Source: Alphaproteobacteria bacterium | Lineage (GTDB): Bacteria > Pseudomonadota > Alphaproteobacteria > CALKHQ01 | DNA: 64,000 nt | Direction of reading: 5' to 3' | Assembly: GCA_965227515.1 (NCBI GenBank) | Contig: CBDDFZ010000001.1 | Location: 3,360,001 to 3,424,000, forward strand | Position numbers and translations under genes: made by a program | Part shown: piece after piece, positions 50,844 to 60,379 of the stretch | Layout: the number at the start of each line of letters is the position of its first letter | Numbering within the stretch: the stretch's first letter is position 1 | Notes under the pieces: model-generated | The model's input: only the letters and a program-made list of their open reading frames with translations | Databases searched by the model: none | Told to the model about the DNA's origin: nothing

Positions 50844-51973
50844 TGCGAGTACCGCCGGACCCAGCGGGTCGACGTCACCAGGATGAACGCCAGGAACAGG
50901 ATGATCAGGATCAGGTAGAACTCGGCCAGCATGGTGCCGTAGCCGACGTTGGAGCGGTCCCGATACTCACGGAAGATGAAGCTGGTCACGCTGTCGGTGG
51001 CGCCGCCCGGGCCGCCCGACGTGACGTTGATGATGATGTCGGCCAGCTTCAGCTTGAAGATGATGCGCAGGATGATGGTGGTCACGCTGACCGCCAGCAT
51101 CAGCGGGAACGTGATCCTCCAGAACGCCTGCCATTTGGTGGCGCCATCGACCTTCGCCGCCTCCACCACGTCGCGCGGCATCGCCTGCAGGCCGGCCAGA
51201 AGCAGGATCATCATGAACGGGATGTACATCCACCCGTCCATCACCATGATCGAGATCCGCGCGATCACCGGATCGGTGAAGAAGGCCGGCGTGTCCCAGC
51301 CCAGGAACCGGGCCAGGTTGGCGATGGGGCCGAACCGCACCTCCATCATCGACTTGCCGACGATCCAGCTGATCGCCACCGGGCTCAGCATGAACGGCAG
51401 CAGGAACGCGACGCGGAAGAAACGGCGGCCCTTGATCTCCGCGTTCAACAGCAGCGCCAGCCCGAACGCGATCATGTATTCGACCAGGATCGCCAGCACG
51501 TACCAGACCATGTTGGTCAGCGCGTTCCAGTAGTACGGGTCCTGCAGCAGCTTGTAAAAGTTCTCCAGGCCGTTGAACTGCCGGCCCTCGAACGAGCTGA
51601 GGTTCCAGTCGGTGAACGCGATGTAGAGCCCGAAGAAGGTCGGGAAGATCACCATGGCGATGGTGAACAGCACCGCAGGCAGGATGAACAGCGCGCGCGA
51701 GCCCGGCTCGCCGCGGATCAGCACCTGGGCGGCCCCCAACGCCACCGACCAGACGATGAAGGCGTAAAGCAGCGGCCGCCAGTTCTCGAACCCGAGCAGC
51801 GGTTCCTCACCCTCGTCCAGGCTGGCGTCATAGGCCAGGACAGCCAGCACCGCGACCAGCAGCACGCTGGCGAAGATCAGCAGCCAGCGCCCGAGCCGGC
51901 GCCGGCCTTCCGATATGTCGCCATACACCGCGCCTGGCGATTGGCCGCCGCTGGCAATCGTTGTCTCAGCCAT
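50840..51973 (-). CDS. Carbohydrate ABC permease (MalF-like)
   Basis: LAGLQAMP, EAAKVDGA and GGPGGAT motifs. Confidence 0.9.
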   Translation of the reverse strand: MAETTIASGGQSPGAVYGDISEGRRRLGRWLLIFASVLLVAVLAVLAYDASLDEGEEPLLGFENWRPLLYAFIVWSVALGAAQVLIRGEPGSRALFILPAVLFTIAMVIFPTFFGLYIAFTDWNLSSFEGRQFNGLENFYKLLQDPYYWNALTNMVWYVLAILVEYMIAFGLALLLNAEIKGRRFFRVAFLLPFMLSPVAISWIVGKSMMEVRFGPIANLARFLGWDTPAFFTDPVIARISIMVMDGWMYIPFMMILLLAGLQAMPRDVVEAAKVDGATKWQAFWRITFPLMLAVSVTTIILRIIFKLKLADIIINVTSGGPGGATDSVTSFIFREYRDRSNVGYGTMLAEFYLILIILFLAFILVTSTRWVRRYSQ

Positions 51974-52011
51974 TGGTTTGGCCTCGATTCCGGCTGACTA
52001 ACAACCCAATG

Positions 52012-52098
52012 CGTCATCCTCGGCCTTGAGCCGAGGATCCACGACTTTCAGCAGTCGCCGCCAAGACGTGGATGCCCGCAACAAGTGCGGGCATGACG
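52012..52098. repeat. CGTC-type REP inverted dimer
   Basis: CGTCATCCTCGGCCTTGAGCCGAGGATCCACG ... CGTGGATGCCCGCAACAAGTGCGGGCATGACG. Confidence 0.9.
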
Positions 52099-52232
52099 AA
52101 TGAGTTCTAGAGCCAAACGAGGCCACGCGGGCATCTCCCTGAATACCGGATATGTCGCGCACGATCCCCGAACCTTCCAAGAGGGCCTGTCCGGAGATCG
52201 TGCGAATGGGCTTCGCCCGAACTTAGCCGCCG

Positions 52233-53897
52233 CTACAGGCCCAGCGAGGCCCTGTAGAGCTCGACCTGACGCTCGCGCCCGATCTGGTCGGTCAGTTCCT
52301 CCCAGGCGGCGGCGATGTTGTCGGCGCCGGTCTGCGCGTCCATCTGGCCCGCGAAGATCTTGGCCAACTCGTCCTCGGCCACGCTGTAGTACTGGAAGAT
52401 GCCCGGGATGCGCGGCTCGATGGCGGCATTCGGGTGGTTGTAGCTGTCCGCCTCGGACGCCAGGTAGTCGGAGATGAACGCCTCCTCGTAGCCGGCCTCG
52501 GTCCACTCCTCGATGTTGAAGTGGCTGTTCCGGTAGGGCTGGAAGCCCGACGGATAGGCCGCGCACCACAGCGAGATGTCCTTGCCGCCGAGATGGGCTG
52601 CCGCACTCCAGGCCGCCTTCTGCTTCGTGCTGTCGGCGTCGACGCGCGCCATCACGTACACGCCCCAGCCGATATAGGCCATGTTGGGCGCGAAGTTCGG
52701 GCCGCTGGCCAACGTGTCCCACTGTCCGGTCGAGGAATTGTAGACATCGTCGGAGCCGGGCAGCGTGGAGAAGCCGATCACGTCGCCGATCAGCGAGCTG
52801 TCGCTGGTCTGCGCGTTCGAGCCGATGTCGCCCCACCACGACAGCATGGAGCCGGTGCCGGCCAGGAACTGCTGGAAGCCGGTCGTGCCCGGGTCGGCGT
52901 TGATCTGGTCCGCCGGCTGCGCGTCGATGACGTCCAGCACATCCTGGATAGCCCGCACCCAGGCGGGGTTGTTGATGCGCGGCGTCATGTCCAGGTCGAA
53001 CAGGAACGCCGGGTCGTCGGGGTGCTTGGCATAGGCGGTGGCGCGGCTGCCCAGGAAGTAGAAGCCGAAGCCGCCCCAGCCCTTCAACGGGTCGAGATAG
53101 CCATAGGCCTCCAGACCGAACGGATCGGTCTTGCCCTTCAGGAACGCGGTGACTTCCTGCACCTTCTGCCAGGTGGTCGGCACTTCCCACGGGCCCTCGT
53201 GACCCTCGGCCTCCCAGGCCTCGGCCAGTTCATCATTGTCGAAATAGTCGGTGCGATAGTTGAAGTTGTGGCAGTCGCCGTCGACCGAGATGCGGTAGGT
53301 CTTGCCGTCCCAGGTACCGACCGGCGCCTGCAGGTAGCCGACATAGTCCTCCATGTCGATCAGCGGCGGCACCCAGTCCGGCATCTCGGACGCCAGGCCC
53401 TTACCGCAGACGTCGCCCTCGAACGGCGCACCCATTTCCAGGATGTCGAAGTCCACCGTCTCGGTCGCGATCGACTGCTGCAGGCGCGGGTTGTAGTCGG
53501 CCTGCGCCAGGTCGATCCAGGTGATCGAGGCGCCGGTGTACTCCTCCCAGGGCTTCAGGAAGCCACGGAACAGCAGATTGTGCAGGTTCTGGTTGTTCAG
53601 GCCCATGAAGGTCAGCTCAACGCCGTTGAACTCGCCTTCCTGAACCGTCTCCTTGGTCGGGCCGAGGCAGAGCGCACCGACCTGCTGCCAGTCCGCATCG
53701 GTGGGCGACCCCATGCCGACGCCCGGGATCTTCAGAATCTCGGCACGCAGATCGGACTGCGCGAACGACGGCTTGGCGAGCGTGCCAAGGGTGCCACCGG
53801 CGGCCGCCGCGGCAACGCCGGCGCTGGCCGCGCCCTTCAGAACGCCACGGCGGCTTGCCTGGCGCTGCGTGAGCCAATTGTGGTGATGAACTTTCAC
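52233..53897 (-). CDS. Carbohydrate ABC (CUT1) substrate-binding protein with Tat signal
   Basis: SRRGVLK twin-arginine motif; YRTDYF, PTTW and PRIPG. Confidence 0.88.
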   Translation of the reverse strand: MKVHHHNWLTQRQASRRGVLKGAASAGVAAAAAGGTLGTLAKPSFAQSDLRAEILKIPGVGMGSPTDADWQQVGALCLGPTKETVQEGEFNGVELTFMGLNNQNLHNLLFRGFLKPWEEYTGASITWIDLAQADYNPRLQQSIATETVDFDILEMGAPFEGDVCGKGLASEMPDWVPPLIDMEDYVGYLQAPVGTWDGKTYRISVDGDCHNFNYRTDYFDNDELAEAWEAEGHEGPWEVPTTWQKVQEVTAFLKGKTDPFGLEAYGYLDPLKGWGGFGFYFLGSRATAYAKHPDDPAFLFDLDMTPRINNPAWVRAIQDVLDVIDAQPADQINADPGTTGFQQFLAGTGSMLSWWGDIGSNAQTSDSSLIGDVIGFSTLPGSDDVYNSSTGQWDTLASGPNFAPNMAYIGWGVYVMARVDADSTKQKAAWSAAAHLGGKDISLWCAAYPSGFQPYRNSHFNIEEWTEAGYEEAFISDYLASEADSYNHPNAAIEPRIPGIFQYYSVAEDELAKIFAGQMDAQTGADNIAAAWEELTDQIGRERQVELYRASLGL

Positions 53898-54015
53898 GGA
53901 TTTTCCTCCCCTTGGCGGCGCTGAACGGTGCGCGCGCGTCGTCCGATGCCGCAGTATGTATGAGCGCTTGGGTGTGTCAACGGTGGGGCGGTGTGTGGGT
54001 CACCCTTCCCCCTTT

Positions 54016-54103
54016 GTCATCCTTGGCCGAAGCGAAGCACAATCCACGGCGACGCCACCGGCATTGCTAAGAACCCGGGTTTCGCTGTGCTCCACCCGGC
54101 TAC
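54016..54103. repeat. Degenerate or chimeric palindromic element (GTCAT left end, GTAG-type right end)
   Basis: The right part CCCGGGTTTCGCTGTGCTCCACCCGGCTAC resembles 1244-1274; the left end starts GTCATCC. Confidence 0.55.
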
Positions 54104-54112
54104 ATCTCTGCG

Positions 54113-55027
54113 TCATTTCCCCCACTTCAGCACGACCGGATCGAGCGGCTTGAGCAACTCGATGAGCTGCTCGCGGGCCCAACCAGCCAGCGGCGGGATC
54201 GGGTGGCGGCAGAACGCCGACTTGATGACACCGCCCTCCACCATTGCCTCCTTCGACGCGCGGAAGCCGCACTGCCGATTCTCGTGGTTGATCGCCGGCA
54301 GCACGCGGGCGTAGCCGGCGAGTGCCGCCGCCCGGTCGCCGGCAGCATGTGCCTCCATGATCGGCTTGATCTGATCCGGGATGGTGGCCGACGTCATCGA
54401 ACCCGAGGCGCCGGCATCCAGGTCGGCCATCAGCGTGATCGCCTCCTCGCCGTCGAACGGCCCCTCCACCGCGTCGCCGGCGGCCTCCAGCAGGCCGCGC
54501 AGCTTCGCCGCCGTGCCGGCACACTCGATCTTGAATAGCTTTACCATCTCGATCTCGCGCGCCATCCGCGCCAGCAGCGGCACCGGCAGGTCGACGCCGG
54601 AGAGCGGCGCATCCTGCAACATGATCGGGATGCCGACCTCGCCCACCTGCCGGAACTGCTCGTAGGTCTGCTCCGCCGTGCCCTTCAGCAGCGCACCGTG
54701 ATAGGGCGCCATCATCATGATGCAGGCCGCCCCCAGCTCCTTCGCCAGACGGGCACGGTCGACCACGATGGGGGTCGCGAAATGGCTGACGGTCACGATC
54801 ACCGGCACGCGGCCGTCGACGTGCTCCATGCACAGCCGGGTCAGCATCTCGCGCTCGGCGTCGGAGATCAGGAACTGCTCGGAGAAGTTGGCCAGGATGC
54901 AGATGCCGTCGACGCCCTGGTCGACCATGCAGTCCAGCACACGGCGCATGCCGTCCTCATCCACCTTGCCGTCGTCGTGAAACGGCGTCGGCGCCACCGG
55001 CCAGATGCCGCGATAGGGTTTGGTCAT
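54113..55027 (-). CDS. DapA-family lyase, L-2-keto-3-deoxyarabonate dehydratase-like
   Basis: ILANFSEQF, PYHGA, QDAP, FKIE, DGEEAITL and INHENRQ match the L-KDA dehydratase subfamily as I recall it. Confidence 0.82.
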   Translation of the reverse strand: MTKPYRGIWPVAPTPFHDDGKVDEDGMRRVLDCMVDQGVDGICILANFSEQFLISDAEREMLTRLCMEHVDGRVPVIVTVSHFATPIVVDRARLAKELGAACIMMMAPYHGALLKGTAEQTYEQFRQVGEVGIPIMLQDAPLSGVDLPVPLLARMAREIEMVKLFKIECAGTAAKLRGLLEAAGDAVEGPFDGEEAITLMADLDAGASGSMTSATIPDQIKPIMEAHAAGDRAAALAGYARVLPAINHENRQCGFRASKEAMVEGGVIKSAFCRHPIPPLAGWAREQLIELLKPLDPVVLKWGK

Positions 55028-55054
55028 TTTTCCTCCGGGTGTTTTTTTTATGAT

Positions 55055-55159
55055 CGTCATTGCGAAGAGCGGAGCGACGCGGCAATCCAAAGCGATCTCT
55101 TCAGCCCCCACGCCGATCGCCTGGATCGCCACGCTTGCCGTCGCAAGCTCGCGATGACG
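55055..55159. repeat. CGTC-type REP dimer, GTCATTGCGA subfamily
   Basis: CGTCATTGCGAAGAGCGGAGCGACGCGGCAATCCA ... TGGATCGCCACG...CTCGCGATGACG. Confidence 0.8.
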
Positions 55160-55192
55160 GCAGTTTAGGTTGTTGGCGTCGGTTCGAACATC

Positions 55193-56854
55193 CTACACAT
55201 GCCGCTGGCGGGCGGGGCCGCGGTATCTGACCGTCAGTTCCGGGTCGATCTCCGAGCCATCGTAGAGGCCAAGCACGATGCCCTTGCGGCGGCTCTTGCC
55301 CCGCCCCTTCTCGATGGTTCGGTCGGCATGCGCGATGCGTTGCGACGACCGCCGCGCCCAGCGGCCGAGCCTCTCGTACATCGTCGCGATAACCTCGTGA
55401 TCGGGCGCGGTCTTGGCGAGATCGACGAACTCGTCCGGGTCGTTCTCCATGTCGAACAGCATCGGTCGGAAACCGCCCTCGGCATGCACGAACTTCCAGC
55501 GTTCATCGGCGATCATGAACAGGCGCGCGTCTTTCGGCGCGACACCCAGCTTCACCGCCATCGGCGTCGCCGAATAGTCGTACTCGCTCACCGCGAACTC
55601 CCGCCATTCATCCGGCGTCTCACCACGCAGGAACGGCAGCAGCGAGCGTCCTTCGACAATGTGGCCGGGCACCTCGCCGCCCGCCGCCTCGATGAACGTC
55701 GCCCCCACGTCGATGCCCTCGACCAGCGCATCGCAGACGGTGCCCCGCGTCGCGTCGGCCTCGCCGGATGGGTCGTAGACGATCAGCGGCGCCAGTACCG
55801 AGGGGGCGTGGAACAAGTCCTTCTCGCCCAGCCAGTGGTCACCTAGGTAGTCGCCGTGGTCGGAGGTGACGACGATCATGGTGTCGTCCATCCGCCCCGT
55901 TGCCTCCAAATGCGCGAACAGGCGGCCCATCTGATCGTCCACCTGCTTGATCAGGCCCATATAGGCCGGGATCACCGCCGCGCGCACCTCGTCGCGCTGG
56001 AACGCCTGGCCGATGACGTTGTCCATGAACGCGCCATAGACCGGGTGCGGATCGTCCCGTTCTGACGGGTGCCGTACCGCCGGCAGCACCTGATTGTGAC
56101 CGTACATGCCGTGATAGGGCGCCGGCACGATATAGGGCCAGTGCGGCTTGATGTAGGAGAGATGGCACAGCCACGGCCCGGCATCCGCGCGCTCATCCAG
56201 GAACCGGATCGCCTCCCCAGTCAGCCACGGGGTCTCGCTGTCCTCCTCGCGGATGTTTGCGGGCTTGGCCGCGTGCTGCATCAGCCAGCCCGAGGCGATC
56301 TCGCCGTCGTCGTCGACCCCGGCATTGGCATAGTCGTGCCAGGGGTTGTCGCCGTCATAGCCCTTCGACTTCAGATAGGCGTTGTACGGCGACGGCTTCT
56401 CGTCATAGCCGCCGTCGGGGCCGAACCCCCACAGCCCGTCATCGCGGACCACAACGTCGAACCCGGCCTCCGCCACCCGCGCACCGATCACGCTGTCCGG
56501 CGCCAGGCCCAGCCGCGCCATGCCGGCGGCGTCGGCCTTCATGTGGGTCTTGCCGAGCAGGAAGGCGTCCATACCGATGTCGCGCAAGTGGTCGCCCAGC
56601 GTCGGCTCGCCGACGCTCAGCGGGAAGTTGTTCCAGGCCGCGCCGTGGCTGTGCACGTATCGCCCGGTATAGAAGCTCATCCGCGAGGCACCGCACACCG
56701 GCGACTGCACGTAGCAGCGGGAGAACCGCACGCACTTCGACGCCAGCCGGTCGAGATGCGGGGTGTGCAGGTGCGGATGCCCGACGCAGCTCAGGTAATC
56801 GGCCCTGAGCTGGTCGAACATGATGAACAGGATGTTGCGGACGCGGCGGGTCAT
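55193..56854 (-). CDS. Sulfatase / phosphonate monoester hydrolase family (alkaline phosphatase superfamily)
   Basis: FDQLRAD, VCGASRMSFYTG, GKTH, KPHWPY and SDHGDYLGDH motifs. Confidence 0.88.
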   Translation of the reverse strand: MTRRVRNILFIMFDQLRADYLSCVGHPHLHTPHLDRLASKCVRFSRCYVQSPVCGASRMSFYTGRYVHSHGAAWNNFPLSVGEPTLGDHLRDIGMDAFLLGKTHMKADAAGMARLGLAPDSVIGARVAEAGFDVVVRDDGLWGFGPDGGYDEKPSPYNAYLKSKGYDGDNPWHDYANAGVDDDGEIASGWLMQHAAKPANIREEDSETPWLTGEAIRFLDERADAGPWLCHLSYIKPHWPYIVPAPYHGMYGHNQVLPAVRHPSERDDPHPVYGAFMDNVIGQAFQRDEVRAAVIPAYMGLIKQVDDQMGRLFAHLEATGRMDDTMIVVTSDHGDYLGDHWLGEKDLFHAPSVLAPLIVYDPSGEADATRGTVCDALVEGIDVGATFIEAAGGEVPGHIVEGRSLLPFLRGETPDEWREFAVSEYDYSATPMAVKLGVAPKDARLFMIADERWKFVHAEGGFRPMLFDMENDPDEFVDLAKTAPDHEVIATMYERLGRWARRSSQRIAHADRTIEKGRGKSRRKGIVLGLYDGSEIDPELTVRYRGPARQRHV

Positions 56855-56892
56855 GGGCCTGAGATGCTAATCGACACGGCCAGCACCTTACC

Positions 56893-56983
56893 CGTCATGC
56901 GCGGACTTGATCCGCGCATCCACGACTTGTCGAAGCCGCTGGCAACAAAGACGTGGATGCCCGCAACAAGTGCGGGCATGACG
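56893..56983. repeat. CGTC-type REP inverted dimer
   Basis: CGTCATGCGCGGACTTGATCCGCGCATCCACG ... CGTGGATGCCCGCAACAAGTGCGGGCATGACG. Confidence 0.9.
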
Positions 56984-57035
56984 ACGTTGGATTGGCGATA
57001 GCGTGACCAAGTTGGCATGCGATACGGCAGGTGCC

Positions 57036-58070
57036 CTACTCCGCCGCCGATGCCTCCGGGATCTCAAGCCCGACCTCTTCATAGTAGCGCTGGGCGCCCG
57101 GGTGCAGATTCATGCCGCCGTCCTGCACCGCGTATTCCAGGGTGATGTCGGCGAGCCACGGCGCGGTCTCGCGCATCTCCGCCGCCCCCTCCCAGAACGC
57201 CTTGGTGATGGCATAGACGGTGTCGTCGTCCAGGTCCGCGCGGGTGGCGACACCGACGACCGAGCCAAAGGTGTACACGTCCTCCGCGTTGGAGATGCCG
57301 TCGCCATAGACATCCTTCGGGATCACTTCCAGCGACCGGCCGGGCACGCGGGCCGGGGCGAGTTGCTCGTCGGTCTGCGCCTCGACCTCGGCCTTAGTCG
57401 GCCCCAGTATGGTCAACTGCGATGTGGCGATCAGCTGCTCGACCTGCGGGAACGGCGGGATGCCGCCATTGACGTAGACGTCGATCTGCCGGTCCTGGAA
57501 CGCCTGGAACGCCGACGACCAGGAGCCGCGGAAGTTCTCGTAGTCCTCGTCCGGCACCATGCCGGTTTGCGCCTCGATCCACTGCTTGGCCGCGTTCCAC
57601 GCGCCGCCGCCCGGCGGGCCGAGAAACACCACCTTGCCGGCGATGTCGTCCAGGGAGGTCATGCCGTCCTCGGCATAGGTCAGCACGTGATAGGCACCAT
57701 AGGGAAACCAGAACACCAGGCGAAGATTCTCGGCCAGCTCGGGTGCTTCCGGCAGCTGCTGGTACATCACCGTGCCTTCGGACATGAACCTGAACACCGT
57801 CGGCGAGGTCATGACGAAGTCGAGGTTGCCCTCGGCAAGGTCGATCATGTGCGCGGTGGCCGCACCGGTGGCATCGACCGTGATCTCGTAGTCGTCCTGC
57901 TGCTGGTTCACGATGGTCGCCATGGTCGACATGGTGAGGTAGGCGGACGATCCCGGCGCGATGGTGGCCATCTTGATCGGGTCCGCCGCCTGCGCCGACG
58001 ATGCCAGCATCAGGCAGGTGGCGACGCCGGCGAGGAAACCAGCCCGCAAGCCCTCGTTCCAAAGTCTCAC
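57036..58070 (-). CDS. TAXI family TRAP transporter solute-binding subunit
   Basis: Signal peptide; LGPPGGG, VYAITKAFWE and LHPGAQRYYEE motifs. Confidence 0.9.
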   Translation of the reverse strand: MRLWNEGLRAGFLAGVATCLMLASSAQAADPIKMATIAPGSSAYLTMSTMATIVNQQQDDYEITVDATGAATAHMIDLAEGNLDFVMTSPTVFRFMSEGTVMYQQLPEAPELAENLRLVFWFPYGAYHVLTYAEDGMTSLDDIAGKVVFLGPPGGGAWNAAKQWIEAQTGMVPDEDYENFRGSWSSAFQAFQDRQIDVYVNGGIPPFPQVEQLIATSQLTILGPTKAEVEAQTDEQLAPARVPGRSLEVIPKDVYGDGISNAEDVYTFGSVVGVATRADLDDDTVYAITKAFWEGAAEMRETAPWLADITLEYAVQDGGMNLHPGAQRYYEEVGLEIPEASAAE

Positions 58071-58089
58071 AACGCTCCTCCCTTTGCTT

Positions 58090-59955
58090 TCAAGGTGCGC
58101 TCTCTTGTGGCGCTGCTTCCGTCACACGATGCACGACGATCAGGGCAATGGCAACGACCGCTCCCGCGCCGGCGACCCAGAGCACGGGCACCAGCACGGC
58201 GACACCGGCGGCCAGCCGCAGGCCTGCTTCCGGCACGGCAATCGGCCGGGTTTCATAGCGGCTGAGCCCGGTGCCGATCATCCAGGTCGAGAGCGCGAAC
58301 GCGGCCAAGGGCCAGGCAAGACCGCCGATCGTGACGCCCTCAATGATCAGCAGGTCGGGGTGATAGACGAACAGGAACGGCACGATGAAGCCGGCGATCG
58401 ACAGGCGCAGCGCGGCGACGCCGGTCGCCATCGGCGGCGAGCCTGCTATGGGGGCCGCGGCGAACGCGGCCAGCGCCACCGGCGGCGTCACCACCGACAG
58501 CACGCCGAAGTAGAGCATGAACAGGTGGGCGGCGATGGTCGGCACGCCAAGCTGTTCCAGCGCCGGGCCCATGACGATGGCGACGATCAGGTAGGCCGGG
58601 GCGGACGGCACCCCCATCCCCATCACCAGGCAGCCCAACATGATCAGCGCCAGGCTGACGATCAGCGTGTCGCCCGATACGGCCAGGATGCCTTGCGCGA
58701 ACTGCAGCCCGACACCGGACATATTGATGACGCCGATGATGAAGCCGACCGCGGCAACGATGACCATCAGGGTCGCCGCGGTGCGTCCGCCGGATACCAG
58801 CGCCCGCCACCACGCCAGCGGGTGCCTGAACTTGGGAAACAGAGCCATGCAGAGCACGAACGCGGCCGCCAGCGCATAGAAGCCGGCGAACTGCGCCGTG
58901 TAGCCCTGCGACAGCAACACGACGATGACCGCCAGCGGGACAACGAAGGCGATGCTTTGCAGCCAGTCCATCGCGGTCAGCCGGGGTCGCTCCTCGGCCG
59001 GCAGCGGGCGGATGCCCTGCTTGCGCGCCTCGATCAGGACGACGGCAAACAGGCTGACATAGTAGAGCGCGGCGGGAATGGCGGCGGCCACGATGATGTT
59101 GACGTAGGCGATGCCGGTGACATCGGCCATCAGGAACGCCACCACCCCCATCACCGGGGGCATCATCTGTCCGCCGGTCGACGCCGCCGCCTCCACCGCG
59201 CCGGCAAACCGGGCCGGAAAGCCCGCACGCTTGATGATGGGAATGGTGAAGACGCCGGTGGAAACGACATTGGCCACCGCCGCCCCCGACATGGTGCCGA
59301 ACATCGCCGACCCGACAATCGCCGCGTGCGCCGGTCCGCCCGCAAACCGCCCGGTTGCCGCGAAGGCCAGCTTCAGCAGCACGGCGCCCGCGCCCGACGT
59401 CTGCAACACCGCGCCAAAGACGATGAAGACCAGCACGGTGCGGCCAACGACCTCGACCGGGCGACCGAACACGCCGTCGGTCGAGTACCAGAGGTTGTCG
59501 GCGACCCGCTGCCAGTCCTCCCCCGCCCCCAGCCATTGGTTCGGCAGCACGATGAAGGCCGCGGCCAGCAGATAGACGAGCAGCATCGGCAGGCCGAGCG
59601 CCAGCCAGGTCGCATAGCCGATCAACAGGATCGCCGCCCAGGCGAGCGCCTGATCGAACGGCGATATGCGGATGAAGAATTCCTCCTGCGCCAGCATGAC
59701 CTGGAGCCACGTCCAGCACAGCCAGATCAGCACGCCGGCGACCGCCACCTGTGCGATCACGCGCCACCACGGCATCGCAGCCGTGGATGCCTCGGCGTCG
59801 GCCAATCCCTCCGGCCGGCGCAACAGCACTGCCGTCATCCCCAGGACGACGGTCAGCCCGGACAGCCAGCTATTGTCGAAGACGCCGAAGCCGGCGGTGT
59901 AGACGGCCAGCAGCGCCAACACCGCGCCGACCACGCGGGCCACGGCGTCCGACAT
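58090..59955 (-). CDS. TRAP transporter fused permease (4TM/12TM)
   Basis: GTMSGAAVANV, EAAASTGGQMMPPVMG and VTPPVALAAFAAA motifs; start at MSDAVA. Confidence 0.9.
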   Translation of the reverse strand: MSDAVARVVGAVLALLAVYTAGFGVFDNSWLSGLTVVLGMTAVLLRRPEGLADAEASTAAMPWWRVIAQVAVAGVLIWLCWTWLQVMLAQEEFFIRISPFDQALAWAAILLIGYATWLALGLPMLLVYLLAAAFIVLPNQWLGAGEDWQRVADNLWYSTDGVFGRPVEVVGRTVLVFIVFGAVLQTSGAGAVLLKLAFAATGRFAGGPAHAAIVGSAMFGTMSGAAVANVVSTGVFTIPIIKRAGFPARFAGAVEAAASTGGQMMPPVMGVVAFLMADVTGIAYVNIIVAAAIPAALYYVSLFAVVLIEARKQGIRPLPAEERPRLTAMDWLQSIAFVVPLAVIVVLLSQGYTAQFAGFYALAAAFVLCMALFPKFRHPLAWWRALVSGGRTAATLMVIVAAVGFIIGVINMSGVGLQFAQGILAVSGDTLIVSLALIMLGCLVMGMGVPSAPAYLIVAIVMGPALEQLGVPTIAAHLFMLYFGVLSVVTPPVALAAFAAAPIAGSPPMATGVAALRLSIAGFIVPFLFVYHPDLLIIEGVTIGGLAWPLAAFALSTWMIGTGLSRYETRPIAVPEAGLRLAAGVAVLVPVLWVAGAGAVVAIALIVVHRVTEAAPQESAP

Positions 59956-60379
59956 GCCGGGAAGGCCTGCCACTCTCACCAAGGGCAACCGGCCCCAGCA
60001 TTCCACGCGGTGCCACGACCGTATGGCGCACCTGGCAAGGGTCCCTCCCGCGGACGTTCTCGTTGGCGTTGGCGGCACACTACCGCACCGACAACACGGC
60101 CCCGCATCATTTCGTGTAGGGCCGGCGCTGCAAGACATTTCTGCCGGCCAATTCCGGCGCGCGCACGCCCCGGCGGCACAGGTCCAGTTGACACGCCCCG
60201 TGAACTGCCCAAAACTCCGCGCGTTTCCGTGCAGCACGTACAAGGCACAGGCATCGGCGCGCGGCCGGGCCGGCGCCGCAGCGAGCACGGGTGGCGGCCG
60301 AGCCTCGGACGCTTTACCACCGCGCTAATTCGGACCGGAAGGGACACCCCAGCAATCCGGCCGCACAGGAGGAAACGGA

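Noticed and set aside
52107-52232. CTAGAGC followed by an imperfect hairpin (CGCACGATC...GATCGTGCG)
   Set aside because: There is no further similarity to the elements at 49213 and 49775 and only one copy, which is too weak to call.
59956-60379. 424-bp divergent intergenic region as a possible riboswitch or sRNA
   Set aside because: I found no recognizable riboswitch core or terminator, only a TTGACA at 60188; an Rfam search would be needed.
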